64,000 nucleotides of DNA, from contig OZ024742.1 of assembly GCA_964016885.1 (NCBI GenBank), positions 206,398,001 to 206,462,000 of the forward strand. The letters are read 5' to 3'. Shown piece after piece: positions 25,410 to 39,174 of the stretch (position 1 is its first letter; each line of letters begins with the position of its first letter). A program made the position numbers and the translations under genes. The notes beneath the pieces are model-generated. The model saw only the letters and a list, made by a program, of their open reading frames with translations, was not told the DNA's origin and did not search any database. Source of the stretch: Eledone cirrhosa. Taxonomy: Eukaryota.

Positions 25410-26010
25410 TCGACACACCTTTAGGATGCAAGCAGGGAATCTGTCAGGGCCTACTGCTAAATTGTGTTTAATTTTTTTTGTTGCCTCTAAGACATCAGGC
25501 GCACCAAAGGTTATCTTCAATATAGTGTGTTGCAGATTAACATCACTGATATAGCCCAGATCGGCCATATCAGGATTGCTGAAAACAGAGCAGTATTGTT
25601 TCTGCAGTATCTCAGCCATGGTTTTAGTATTATCTTGGAGAGTGCCATTTTCATCAATTCGAGGGCCAACAGTGGAACCAGTGACTTTTTTGCAAATGAA
25701 AAGAACACTTTGGGATTGAGTTTGATTTTCTCAATGGCCCAGGCCTCTTCAGCTGCTCTTTGATTGTTGATGATGGACATCATGCTGTTTTGGAGGTTGT
25801 GTGTTTTTCGATTCTAGTGATGTAATGGCAGTCAAATGGGTGTGTTGCTGCTGGCAGTATTTCAGTCTGTTGATTTTTTTGTTAATTCTTTTAATTTTTC
25901 TGTTACTTGTTCTTCTATTTCTAGGGATTCTACACTTAGATTTGTTTACAGATCTTAATTTTGCACATATATTTGTTACAGTGTCTACAAATGTCTGCCA
26001 GGATTTTTTG
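25410..26010 (-). mobile_element. CR1/L2-group LINE ORF2 relic
   Basis: IKLNPKVFFSFAK, QYCSVFS and AVGPDRFPACILK motifs. Confidence 0.6.
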
Positions 26011-26059
26011 AAGTTAGTGAGTGTGTGAGTGTGCGTGAAAGACTAATCGCCATGTGCAA

Positions 26060-26240
26060 GATAATTTATACTGTTCTGCAACAAAATCTTTCCAGTGATT
26101 CTTTCCTGAGACATTCTAACCACTTGTCCATAATATTGGAGCTGTGATCTCTCAATTTGGAGAAGTAGCAAATCTACCTGAAGTACCTCTCTGATCTCTG
26201 AGCCATGCACTCTTTCGATTAATGATACCCCCAAACACTC
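26060..26240 (-). mobile_element. RTE-like LINE 3' relic
   Basis: IERSQLQYYGQVVRM. A related fragment lies at ~42400-42540. Confidence 0.5.
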
Positions 26241-27196
26241 CTCAGAGAAACCCAATTTTGGTCGCTTATCAGTACTTGGTTAATATAATTGATTTCCCTT
26301 CCCTTATTGTTTGTGGCCTAGTGTCTATTTTGAAAATCCCCATCTATACCCTTCACACCTTAATTTGTGCCTTTTTGACATTATTTGTGGTATTAAAATG
26401 CATCCCTTCATATTCAAAGTTGAATTGCTCCAAAGTCTATGTTGCTGAGGTTCAATAAAATAAAGTACCTGTCAAGTACTTGGGTGGATTATCATTGCCT
26501 ACACTCTTCTTCAGAAGTTGTAAATGTAATATCATTGACAATATAATAATATAGCTAAGTCAATTGTTAGAAAGCTGTTGTCAAATGTTGTTATTTATTT
26601 TTGTTGTTGCTATTTTGCTGGTAGTGTGTGGTCTTTTCTGCCCATCATACCTGTTGATGTTAACCTATGTTTAACAAAATTGATTTGGCAGTATCTTCCC
26701 ACTTTTTGGACATTTATGGCCAAGTAGGCCTATACTTACAAAACTGTTAAAGAATATAGTTCCCTTTTTAATCCCCACCTCCATCCCCACCACCATTAAA
26801 ATGCAATCACCACTACCACTGCTGCTGCTATCACCTTGTCCAGATCTGATCAAGCAGGACCTATACTTACTAATTTATCTTTCTCTCTACCCTTATTCAC
26901 CAATTTGTTATGAAATGAGGTAGGGTATATGTGGGGAGGAAGTTAATAGTGTTGACAAACAAATCTGACTACTTAAAGACTACAAGAATGTTATTAGAGA
27001 GTAACATGAGAAGAGGAACAATAAGAGAGAGATAAAGCAAGTTATAGTATTGGAGAAATACAACAAACCCTCACCTTCCCATCCTGTGAAGAGATAGATA
27101 TCTTTCTGTAGGGGTAGATCAGATCATAGTGACTTTAATATATAACTGAGAGATGAAAATCAAATCATTCCACCATTGATGTGAACTTTAAAGTTA

Positions 27197-27832
27197 ACAC
27201 TTTTGATACCAAACAGCCTGAAACAACTGAATCTACAATACATTCTAAACTTTAAAATGTTTATATTTATCTAAAATCGTCCTCATGAAAGAATCTTTGT
27301 GAAATTATGTTACAAACCATAAGAATTTAGTTGCATTGGCCAAATTTCAGATTATTTTCAAAATTATTTGGAAATTACAGACAGTGTCATAATCATCAAC
27401 ATTCAATGTCCATTTTCCACACTAGCATGGCTTAGATGGGTTGTCCCATTTGAGGCAAGTTGGGTCAGGTGACTGTGTCTTACTCATATAGTACTGTTTC
27501 TGGCTAGGTTTCAATGGTCGGATGCCCTCCCTAATGCCAACCACATTTACAGTGTGTGCTGGGTACTTTTTGACGTGACACCTACATGACTGCATTACAG
27601 TGTGGGCTGGGTGCTTTTCGTCATGACACCCTACATGACCACTTTAAAGTGTGGGCTAGATATGTTCTGTTCACAGTATAAGGGTGGTGTGGACAGGAGT
27701 GGGTTGGGGTTGAGGTATAGTGGTTAAGAGGTGCCTACTAGATGTATGTTTGAGTCTGTGTGCATGGGAAGGCGTATCTTCTGTATTATTGTATATATAT
27801 GTCTTTCATTAAAAATATGGTAACAAATGGAT
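27197..27832. mobile_element. Degraded piggyBac-type MITE carrying an RTE 3' fragment (~27390-27790)
   Basis: Left end ttaacacttttgataccaaac is the reverse complement of the 44150-44170 end. Internal sequence matches the RTE 3' UTR. Confidence 0.5.
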
Positions 27833-28122
27833 TAAAGAAACTATATATTGTGTTATTCACTTAATCTAGTTTATTCTCTATAAAACAATATACATATAAC
27901 AAATACACTATTAAATCAAACACAAACTTTAAGAGATGCATTTTATAATGTATCCAATGTAACTTCATTCTATATAAGAAAGTATTTTTATATTTGTTTT
28001 GTTTTTTTATAAATTAGTTAAAGTTTGGAAGATAGTGCCTATGTATTTGATAGATTGTTGAGATTGAGACCTTCCAGACTGTGAGGTTGATGTTCAGATT
28101 TTAAAAATCTGTTGGTTGATGT

Positions 28123-28322
28123 NNNNNNNNNNNNNNNNNNNNNNNNNNNNNNNNNNNNNNNNNNNNNNNNNNNNNNNNNNNNNNNNNNNNNNNNNNNNNN
28201 NNNNNNNNNNNNNNNNNNNNNNNNNNNNNNNNNNNNNNNNNNNNNNNNNNNNNNNNNNNNNNNNNNNNNNNNNNNNNNNNNNNNNNNNNNNNNNNNNNNN
28301 NNNNNNNNNNNNNNNNNNNNNN
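28123..28322. other. Assembly gap (200 N)
   Basis: Seen directly. Confidence 1.
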
Positions 28323-30077
28323 GGTAGATTTTGAAATATAATTTATATGAATTCACTTTGAAAATTATGGGAAATGGTCAAGACTAATGACTTTGATGAT
28401 TTTACTTGTATGTTGTTTATGGGTGTAGGGCACAAGACAGTTTCCTCACTCAAAACTAGTTTCAGAGTCATTAATGTTAGCAAGAACATGCAGATCCAAA
28501 AACTGATTGTAATTTCAGTATAGTGGTATAAAAGTGACAATTAATGTTTGACTAAAATTATATGCCATGTCATAGAGGAAGTAAATTAACTGATTTTTGT
28601 ACATGAGAGTATTTTTAGTTGTACACTAAAACATTTAAAATGTGATTCCTATTACATACACAAACACCCCCCCATACATATATGCATACACAAAATATAC
28701 AATGCAGACCTATGCATATTCATGAGCATACAGCAATGGCTTGCAGAAAGAAGGGTGTGATGTCTCCAGGCAACCATATCAGGGCAGGTGGTGAGGTAAT
28801 CCAATCAAAGTGTCATGTAAAGTTCTCCATTCAATATGGCTACTGAGTGATGCCCCCTCTTAGATTTCTTAAGCACCCATCCAAATACTGTGCTCAGTTT
28901 TCTGCCTGGATAAAAAAGCTGAGGAATTTATTAATTTGACATTTGATGCATATGTTCAGACAAACGTAATGTGGCTGATTTAAGTGTTAATTTTGTGTTC
29001 CATCTGCTTTTACATATTTAAAATGTCTCAGTACTAGTCCCTATACTTAGTTTTAGGGGCATACAATCAAGAAGTTAGTCCTAGGCATCACCAAACTTAT
29101 GCACACCACTAGCATATACACATAATTGTGTGTATCCCAGTCTTTTTAGAATAAGCACTCCACCATATTCCTGTATGTTGTAAGATACAATTAAAAGTGT
29201 TGACAACAGGATAGGCATCTGGTCTCACAACACTACCTCAACACTTGCTAGCATGGGAAAAGGGATATAAAACAATGTTGTTAAATTTTAATAATTTTAA
29301 GTAATCAAAAGAAACCAATAATATAGCTTTCTTTTATTGACATACAACTTCAAATATCTAAGCAATATCCTCAACAGAATTGATTGCCATTCCTGTACAT
29401 AGATAATTTCTCCTTTTATTGACCCCACAAAAGATGAAAGTTAACCCTATTAGAATGTTAAACTCAGAAAGTAGAAGAATGAAATTAAATATACTTAGTT
29501 TGACACTCATTTATTTATGCTAACTGACTGTCTAAAGGAATCAATAATGTCAATAAAAAATGAAAACCAATATTTTTTTATGATAAATTCTTACATTTCA
29601 ATGATTTCCTATAATTTAATGATTTCTAATATATTAATTATATGTAATCGAACTATATAACCTACTTAGTGAGTAACTTTCATAAAAAAATCTCTGGCTG
29701 ACTCTGAGAACAGTATGAATTGGTTTTACAAAAATGATATCAAGATAATTTATAAAAAAAAGCATATTCAGGTTAATGAAAAATAGGGTTAATGATGCTG
29801 TATAAACACTTTAACGATTAATATTAAGAAGTATATAAGTTTCCCTTCATCTCATTGATTTTTAATTGAATGAATACCTACTACTTATGTTTCTCTAAAT
29901 TAGTGCAAACATTTCCTTAATTCCTTCAATCATATTTATCCACTGTACTTGTCTGCCAATATCTCTGTCTCAGAAAGGGTGTGTGTGGTGTGTGCGTGCG
30001 TGTGTGTGTGGGGGGGGGGGGGGGGTTGTGTGTGTGTATGCGTGCAAGTGTGCCTGTGCGCACACGCGCACATGTAT

Positions 30078-30375
30078 ATAATTGTTTCTACTTTTGGCAC
30101 AAGGCCAGCAATTACCCAGTGTATTACTGGTGCTTTATCTTATCGACCCCGTAACGATGAAAGGCAAAGTTAACCTCGGCAGGAGTTGAACTCAGATCAT
30201 AAAGGGACGTAACTCTTTTCTTCAAAGCATGGTGTCCGACTCTACCGATACTGCCTTATATAATGTATATAATTGTTTCTATATTAGGCACAAGGCCAGC
30301 AATTACCAAGTACATTACTGGTACTTTATTTTATCGACCCCGTAAGGATGAAAGGCAAAGTTAACCTCGGCGGGA
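30078..30375 (-). mobile_element. Two tandem SINE family A copies
   Basis: 30078-30255 and 30269-30375 match 284-471. Confidence 0.85.
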
Positions 30376-30959
30376 AATGATGGCAAATTTGTTATTTTAC
30401 TAAACTGTACTGAAAATGATAAAATAATGAAATTAAAATACAAAAAATAAAACTGTTTATTTTAAAATAGAAATATTCTGACGTTATGAAGTTCTCTGTT
30501 TTTCCATTCTGACTGCCTTCTATACCTGTTGAATTTTTTATAATGTTTTTTTCTTTCATGTCTACCAATGTTAAATTGTTTTTTTCTGCACTTTCCTTTT
30601 GATGTTTCTGTGATATTCTTCATATCTGCCTCTTTAAATTTGCTTCTTCTTTAGGTTCTTTTGGTATTTCAGAGCATCACTTACTCTTGATTGTGTTCTA
30701 AGTGTATTTACTGTTTCTTCTGAGACACTGAAATATTTTTGTCTATTTGCTTCTCATATTTCTAATTGTCCAATGAGCCTAATCATTTCCTTTTTGTTAT
30801 TCCATTATTAATCTTCTGCATAGACTGGAGAGAAATGAAGCAGCCCTGCTTTGTTTGATGTGCCATGTAAACATAAGAGAAAGGCAGAGCTTGGTTAAAC
30901 TGAGAGAGAAACTGGGTTTAAGAGGAATCTCGTGCCTCAGCCGAAATGAACTCAACATT

Positions 30960-33490
30960 TGATCTCCACGTGGATCTGTTGTTCATTGCCATTGCCAAGT
31001 CCTGGATTTCAATACCAGAATTCTGGAGATGACATCGGGTTAGGAGAGCTTGCGCCCCTGTTATTAGTGACTACTTGTGGTTTCCAAAGCACTAATGGGG
31101 ACATAGCCTCATAGGTGGATTGATGGCAGTGGCCAGCAAATCTTACTCTCCTTTTACGTTCAATGACAGATATCTCTCTCAAAGTCAGATGCCGCCAGCT
31201 TATGTTCTGAATGTGTTGAAGCAGGCGAGTGTAAGTGCCACAAGGTGCTTTTGTTGTTTGGATGAAAGCGTCCATGTTTCACTTCCATATAGCAAGAATC
31301 AGTGAAGGCGCGTGGCTAAGTGGTTAGAGAATTGGCTTCACAATCGTGAGGTTGTGAGTTTGATTCCCAGACTGGGCAATGCTTTATGTCCTTGGACAAG
31401 ACACTTTATTTCATATTGTTCCTTCTACTTGAAGTTGCAACCGATAGAGAGTATTAGCAATTAGAAAGACCAATGGAAACATTGTTTCCTCAGTCCGATT
31501 TGACGAAAGTCGATCGACTGTCTATAGCAAGATTGGTTGAATTGTTACTTGGAAGAGTCTGATCTTGGTGTGGTTGGAAAGATTTAAGCACCAAAACTTG
31601 ATCCATCTTGTTGCAAGCTGATCATGTTTGGGCCTTTCTGGTGGTGAAATCCTTCTCAGAGTTCATGATCCAGGACCCAAAATACTTGAAATCTTCGACT
31701 TGCTTGCTATCACTGCTGTTGATTGCTTTGATGCTAGTGCCTGTACAGTTTGATATGTATTCTGTTTTACCCTCATTCAGATGAAGGCCAATGAGGGCGG
31801 CTGCTTCTTGGAGAGATGTCATAAGTTGTTGCGCATTTTCTAGGCAATCTGCAAGAAGTGCAATGTCATTCACAAAGTCAAGGTCAGTGAGATGTTTAGA
31901 GGGGTGCCTAGAGTTCATGTGGGGTTTGATGGTTATACCTCTGTTATTGATTTTGTTTGTCAATTGAGAGTCTCAGTGTGTAGTCTAGTGCAACGATAAA
32001 GAGGAATGTGGCAAGAGAGTCACTCTGCAGCACTCCTGCTAAGATGTCAAAGAACTTTGTTGGGCCATCAGGGGTGATGATAGTGGTACTTGTGTTGAAA
32101 TACAGATCCTTTATTGCTTCCACAAGTCTTGCTGGTATACCATACAAGGGTAGAATTTCAAACAGAATGTTTCTGTTTATGATGTCAAAAGCTTTTTTAA
32201 AGTCAACAAAAACTAGAGCCATTTGTCTGTTGGAGTTTCTCATCTCTTCCACTACTCTTCTCAAGGCCAAAATCTGTGCAAGTGTAGATCTACCATGCCT
32301 AAAACCGTTTTGGTTGATGTGAAGGATTGGATCAACATACGGAACTATACGGTTGAGGATTAGCTTGTAGATTTTGGCAGCGATGGGCATAAGTGATATC
32401 CTCGGTAGTTTTGTGGGATGAGAGGTCATCTTTTTTGGGGACAGGAACTATGCTTGTTTTTAGCCAACTTGTTGGAGGAATTTTGTTGCTTAAGGTGTCA
32501 TTGCAGATTGATAACAGGACTGAAGTAAGTTTGGCGTCTTTCCAAATTATACTGGGTACGTTGTCGAAACCGGGTGATTTTTTTCCCTCAAGGTGTAAAG
32601 TCCAGTGGAGATGTCGAGTTCAGGTGATACCACAGACTTTGGGAGATTGCCTTTTACAGGAGATGGTTCGCCCAGTAGACCCTTGAAGTGGTCAGTCTAG
32701 CTCTTTTTCCTATTTTCTTGACAGCCTCCTTTGATGATGGGTGAAGGTTTTTCTTTTTTGCTAGTTATTTCATTGATTAAAGCCCATGCAGCTACGTGTT
32801 GTTTGTTTATATGAAGGGTCTTAAGTTTGTTTATTTTTCCTTCTACATACCCTGAAAGAGCAGTTGTGTACGTCTCATCAAGATCTTTTTTGCATTGGGT
32901 TATTTCACTTTTTAGTAAACTAGTTGGACTTGAGTTGTGCTGAGAAAAAGAGACTTTGTAGTTTTTTGCACGCTGAGGATACTAAGATATGTGAGCTCAA
33001 TTTCGTGAGCTTCTTTTTGGTCTTTTTGGGTAAGCAGGAAAGAGCAACTTCCTCATTTGTAACAATTAGTTTGGAGTATTTAGTCTCAATGGAATCATCA
33101 GTACAGGATAGTTCAGAGAACCTATTGTAGACACTAATTGTATACCAACTGAAGAGCTCCTTATTTGATGACACTAACCTCCAGTCAATTTGTTTCATAG
33201 GCTCAGCAGGAACTTTCTTAGGAGCGCGAAGGCTAAGAGTAACTTTGGAAGAGATACTCCTGTGATCAGATCCCATATTGGAGAAGAAGGAATAGGTTTC
33301 AGAGTTGTGTACACTGTTTCGCCATTTTTTCCGAAATAGGATATAATCCAATTAAGCTCTACTACTGTTAGAACTTAGATTGCTTTTTCATGAAGCTATT
33401 TGTAGATGAGAAGAGTTTAAATTCGTCAAGGCGCTGGAGAAGCATTTAACCATTTCGGTTTGTTTCAGCGTTGAAGGTGAATTTTACAAC
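30960..33490 (-). mobile_element. Degraded RTE-type LINE (APE 3' part + RT) with a SINE head inserted at ~31306-31430
   Basis: DYIL...SDHR, QNGFR, FVDFKKAFD, GVLQ, DFVNDIAL, FKYFGS and RRVRFAGH motifs. Confidence 0.82.
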
Positions 33491-34289
33491 GTTAGGGGCT
33501 AGTGTGGTCAGGTCGCTCTTGAGTGCTACTGGTAACATGTAACCCAGTACATCCTGTTGCATGGTCGGGTTGTCGGCGACAAAACCAGTAACCCACCAAG
33601 CTTACTTGGTGAGGAGGGTGATTTTGGACACCCTGCAGGACGAAAAACAAAACCTGACAAAGGGCAGAAGAACTCATAAGAGTCAATGTCCATCCAATAG
33701 TGTGTAAATTTGTATATTCTGTATAGAGGTTGGTGTGTATGGGACTAATTGCACATTTGTCTGTGTGTGTGTGTGTGTATGTGAAGGCTCAAATACCATT
33801 TTGAGCATGAGCAAAGTTAGATCATGCAGGCTCTACCAGGCCACCAGCCTGGAGATGGAGTCCCAATGAGAAATATCAAGAAGTAAAACCTCTCAGAAAC
33901 ATGAAAAAAGCAACTAGAGGGCGATTGGAAGTCCTACCAACAATGCTAAATAGGGTCTGTCATTAGCTTAAAAATGGCCTCTGCAGTCCTGGCGACATGC
34001 ACTTGTATCCAGCTATCGAAAAAATGTACTACTCATTGATTTGCACCAGAGTTTAAGCTCTTGCTTTAGCTGATTTTCCTGAAACTCACACGTTATCCTC
34101 TGAGACTAATGACAGATCAGTCTTCACCCTCGACTCATCTAGGCAGACTGTCCTTGATAGAGTAGAAGGTAGAGCAAAACCTTTCCTAAAGTGTAAACAT
34201 CCTGCTTGCTTTAGTACATTCAATGGTCCTCTTGGTCCTCTTGAAAGACTTGATGAGCTAATAATGAGCGCTAAATCCAAGAGGAATCT

Positions 34290-34565
34290 AAGGTGGTGTG
34301 CAGGAGAGAAGACGGCATTGGTACGGACATGTGATGTGTATGGATGATGAATCATGGGTGAAGAAGTGCCAGGAAATGCCAATGGAAGGAAGTTGCAGTA
34401 GAGGTAGACCAAGAAAGACCTGGGCAGAAGTTGTGAGAGCTAACCTGAAATCACTTAGACTCACAGAGGAGATGATAAAAGAATGTAGTGAGTGGAGAGA
34501 TGCTGTGCTGAGAAAGGCACATCCAACCCATGCAAGTGTGGAAAAATGGACGTAAAAGATGATTT
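34290..34565 (+). mobile_element. RTE 3' end fragment
   Basis: QERRRHWYGHV...RGRPRKTW; same family as copies 1-3. Confidence 0.8.
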
Positions 34566-34892
34566 TTTTTGTCTCTGAAATTGCTTGGTTATTACTTATT
34601 CAGGTCACTAATCACTTGCTTATGTTAGGTGATACATTCTTCACCAGAGAAAGTCTTAGTATTAACAACCACCTGTCTATCCCACAATTTGATATTTACT
34701 ACAGGTATTTGTAGATATTTTATCAACCCATAAAGATCAATAGTAAATTTGGTGAGAGTAAACCTCCAAAAGTAAAAGTATGAAACAAAATAATTGTTTC
34801 TACTCTTGGCACACAGCCAACAGCCAAAAGGGAAGTTGAGAAAGTCACTTTAATTAACTCCTGTGCATTATTATTACTTTATTATTATATAA

Positions 34893-35370
34893 GGCGGTGG
34901 ATTGGCAGTATCGGTAGAGGGTCGGACGCCATGCTTTGACACACAGAGTTACAGCCCTTGCCATTCTGAGTTCAAATCCCGCCGAGGTTAACTTTGCCTT
35001 TCATCCTTACGGGGTCGATAAAATAAAGTACCAGTAATACACTGGGTAATTGCTGGCCTTGTGCCTAACGTAGAAACAATTATTATTACTTTATTTATTT
35101 ATTATAGAGTTGCGGCTCTTTATGGTCTAAGTTAAAATCCCGCCGAGGTTAACGTTGCCTTATGGGGTCGATAAAATAAAGTACCAGTAATGCACTAGAA
35201 TAATTGCTGGCCTTTTGCCAAAAGTAGAAACAATTATTATTGCTTTATTTTATCAATCCCATGAATATAAAAGCTAACCTTAGTAGGATTTGAACTCAGA
35301 ACATAAAGTGACATAACTATATGCTGCAAAGCATGTTTCTAGTGCTTTACTGATACTGTCATTTCACTGT
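34893..35370. mobile_element. Cluster of SINE family A copies (two +, one -)
   Basis: 34893-35080 is a complete + copy with A/B boxes; partial copies follow. Confidence 0.8.
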
Positions 35371-35517
35371 CTGATGAATATTGCAAATCATTTAATTCTC
35401 TGTTTCACTATTTCTATCAACTTTCTTTTAAGCATCGAACAAGGAAGATACATTTTATTTCTGATTTTTACATTTGGAGTTCTTTTTTCACCAAATGTAC
35501 CATTAATCATTTATATA

Positions 35518-35867
35518 GAGGCACATGGCTTAGTGGTTAGAGCATTGGCCTTGCAATCGAAAGCTTGTGAGTTCATTTCTCAGACCTGGTGATGTGTTGT
35601 TTCCTTGAGAAAGACACTTTATTTCACATCGCTCCAGTTTACTCAGCTGTAGAAATGAGATGATAGGGACTGGGGTCCATATCGTTCCACTGCAAAGTGG
35701 TCGTGGAGGTGTCACAGCAAAAAAGCACCCAGCACTCACTGTAAATGAGGTTGGCGTTAGGAAGGGCATCCAGCTGTAGAAATCAAGCCAGAATCAGTTC
35801 CTGTCCCACCCTTGCAAGCAGGGAAAAGCGGATGTATGATGATGATGATGATGATGGTGATGATGAT
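35518..35867 (+). mobile_element. tRNA-derived SINE, family B, with RTE-like 3' tail
   Basis: tggcttagtgg A box, degenerate B box, CORE-like tccttgag.aagacactt segment, tail ttggcgttaggaagggcatccagc...(ATG)n. A second copy lies at 51683-52017. Confidence 0.85.
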
Positions 35868-36817
35868 AGAGTGGAGATGACTCTCAAGTCTAGTAAGATA
35901 GCCTCTCTCATGCTGATAGCACATATAATGCACCCAGTTCACGCTGTAAAGTGGATGGTGATAGGAAGGGCATCCAGTCAGAAAATTCTTTGCCAAATTA
36001 TGGAAAGTACAACACATAAAATTCATACTAATTGCATATACATGACTAACAGTAGTCATGTTTGTGCTGTGCACAGTTGTGGTGTAGCTAGAGTTGCTGG
36101 TGTGAGAACCCCTTGATCCTCATCAAGCAATCGCATAGCCTTTTTACGAAGGAATGTCATGAGTGGAGAGATGCTGCACTGAAAAAGACCTGTCCAACCC
36201 ATGCAAGCATGAAAAAACAAATAAATGATGATGATGATGATGATATATTGATAATGTATGTATGCATGTTCCCGTAAGTCCTGTTGGAGTCATAGGGGTG
36301 CCATATTGACTTAAGGAATTTCTAGGGCATTTTGTAAACCTGACGGAGCCCATCTACTCTCCAGGTCTAAATACAGAAGATTTCTTCCAGAGAAGGCTAG
36401 AGAGTGAGAGAAATGAAGTGAGAAAGAGATATGAAGGAAGAACCGATCCCAGTACTAGACTGGTACTTTATTCATCGACCTTGAATGGATGAAAGGCAAA
36501 GTTAACCTCGGTGGGATTTGAACTCAGAGATAGCTGAAACAAATATTGTAAAGCATTCTAGCCAATGTTCTGATGACTCTGCCAATTTACTACCTTATGT
36601 TGATAATAAGTATCAGTAACATCTTACAATTAATTCAGTCAACTTAACCTCTTTGTGATCATATTTCTAACGAAAAGCACTCTATTTCAATTAATTAATG
36701 AAGAATTTTGAGGGATTTACTAAAATTATTAATTATTTCACTATAGTAAGATAGTAATTTAATATATAGTTGGAAGATTTTAATTTAAAATGGTTGGTTT
36801 TGTTTCATAGAGCCAGT

Positions 36818-37105
36818 TAATGATGATAATGATAATGTAAACAGTATGATAATTGGATTAATAATTACAATGTTAGTGATGGGAGATGATAAATATGATA
36901 ATGATGATGATGTGGTGGTAATAGTGATGACAGTGATGGTGATGACTGTGGTGGTTGATGGTAAGGATAATGATGATGGTGATGCTAATGGTGGTGATGG
37001 TGGTAATAGTGATCACAGTTATGATGATGATAGTAGTTGTAGCAGAGGTAGTTGATGGTAGTGATAATAAAAACCATTGTGTTGCTGCTAAAAATGGCGA
37101 TGATG
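36818..37105. repeat. Degenerate (GAT/GGT)n low-complexity tract
   Basis: Seen directly. Confidence 0.85.
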
Positions 37106-38224
37106 TATATTTTGACATAATTTAATGAACACAATGTCAAAACAAAACTTTATCAGAAACAAATTTAAAATTTCTTGATTTTTACAGTATTTTTAACATT
37201 ATTACTCTACACCTTCAAATTAGATATTTGAAATTTTATCTACATCTATAAAGATTACAAATGAATACTTTAATATTTTTTACTTTTCAATTTACAATTT
37301 TTTTTTCTTCCGTTTTCATATCCTTATTCAATTTCAGTTTATTTTGATTTCTAATCTGTTATCTGAAATTTCAAAACCACTTCTCTTAAATTTAAGTATT
37401 CTATAATAAACACTGACAGTTCAGGGAGGTCTTTCTCTTTCTTTTCCCTTCTTTCTCTCTCTCTCTCTCTCTATGTATATATATATATATTCTGATGAAT
37501 AGACTGGTTATAACAAAGTATTGGTGATCGATTGACACAAAAACAGTTCAGAGAAACAATTGCCAGCAATGTGAATAAAGCCCTTATTGTATAGCAAACC
37601 ATGTCACTCTTCTTTCTTGATTTATTATTACTCCAAGTGTAAACTACATAGAAATCACTGCGTACTCGCAGCATCACTATGGAAACGTCTTGTTGAGTCA
37701 AACTTAGCCAAGCGTTAATACTATCCACTACTCGGAGTACCCTAACTGGACTACATCTAAGTGGACTACCTATAACAATAATTTGTTATCCCGTATATAT
37801 ATATATATATATATATGATGATCATGATATATATATACACACACATTGCGTTTAATTATACAATACTGTATTATGAATATTGAGTTCTTCCACTTCTGTG
37901 TACTTCTACAATCACACAATCAGAACTCAATACAGTTATATGAATACATTACACATCCAAACACAGATAAATGCACAAACAATCTTTCTTTCTCTATCAT
38001 ATGCAAACACACATATATATATACACAAACACACTCACACATATGCACAAACACACTCACACATATGCACAAACACACTCACACAAATCACAAAATTGAT
38101 TGTATGTCGTGAGACGAAAGATACAAAATATCTTCTCTTTTAGGAAATGTAATTATTTTGAAACAAATATAACAAACATTTGATCTGTGAAGTACATATA
38201 TTGAATTATATATATATATATATA

Positions 38225-38690
38225 CATCATCATCATCATCATCATCATTGTCATCGTCATCATTTTTGTCTGATTTTCCATATTCGCATGAATTGGATAG
38301 ATTGATTTTCTGCACAACATCCCTCAACTCATGTTCCTTCATCATCTTCTCTGTGAGATTCATTGATTTGAGATCAGTTCTCACCACCACTACCCAGGTC
38401 TTCCTCCACTGCAGCTTCCTTCCACTGAGATATCGTAACACTTCTTTACGCAACAATTATCATCCTTATGCATCATATGTACCAGCACAGTGTTGCCTGC
38501 CTACACATATCCTCTGCCTGTATTGCCCATGTCTTACTACCATGCAGCATCACACATCAAATTTAGGCATGATACCGCCAACCTTTCATTCTGTAAACTT
38601 TTCACATCCAGTTTTTATCTTAGCTTTTATGTTCTCTTTTGTGTACAATGGATAAAGTTTCTATCAGCGTCCTGTATCTTCCCTCCTTGT
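38225..38690 (-). mobile_element. Old RTE 3' fragment
   Basis: RKTW..VVRTDLKS motif and (ATG)n tail. Confidence 0.65.
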
Positions 38691-38953
38691 CTCCATTCCA
38701 TAAAAAGAGAGCCTCTAAATAGTCACTTGACATATTAAAAATAGCAATGAAAAACTCTCTTTCAAATCACACCTTACAGTTTCATTAAAAAAAAAAAAGA
38801 AAAGGTCATATTAGATAATATAGACTGAGATACACTATGCCGGAAAAAATGTGATGGTCATAGATAGAACACCTTTGATTAATAATCTGAGTGATCAAGG
38901 CTAACCTAAACAACTACCTAACCAGTAACAAGCTCCACTGATGCATTAATTAA

Positions 38954-39158
38954 CCCTTTAGCATTTACATTACTCTATATTTATTGTTGTATTTTCATCT
39001 CACAAAATATCTCACATAATATCGAACCTATGAAATTTTGATATTATTTATTTTGAGAATAATACCTTAACATCATTATGAGCAACCAATCACAGTCGGT
39101 TTGAACAGAAAAAGGTGAGAGATTCAAGCTGCATACGGCTGGTTTAAATGCTAAAGGG
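38954..39158. mobile_element. piggyBac-type MITE
   Basis: TTAA|ccctttagcattta ... taaatgctaaaggg|TTAA: 14 bp TIRs and a TTAA TSD. Confidence 0.8.
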
Positions 39159-39174
39159 TTAAACATATTTGGCT

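Noticed and set aside
34893-34985. tRNA gene
   Set aside because: The A/B boxes belong to a multi-copy SINE head, and there is no complete cloverleaf.
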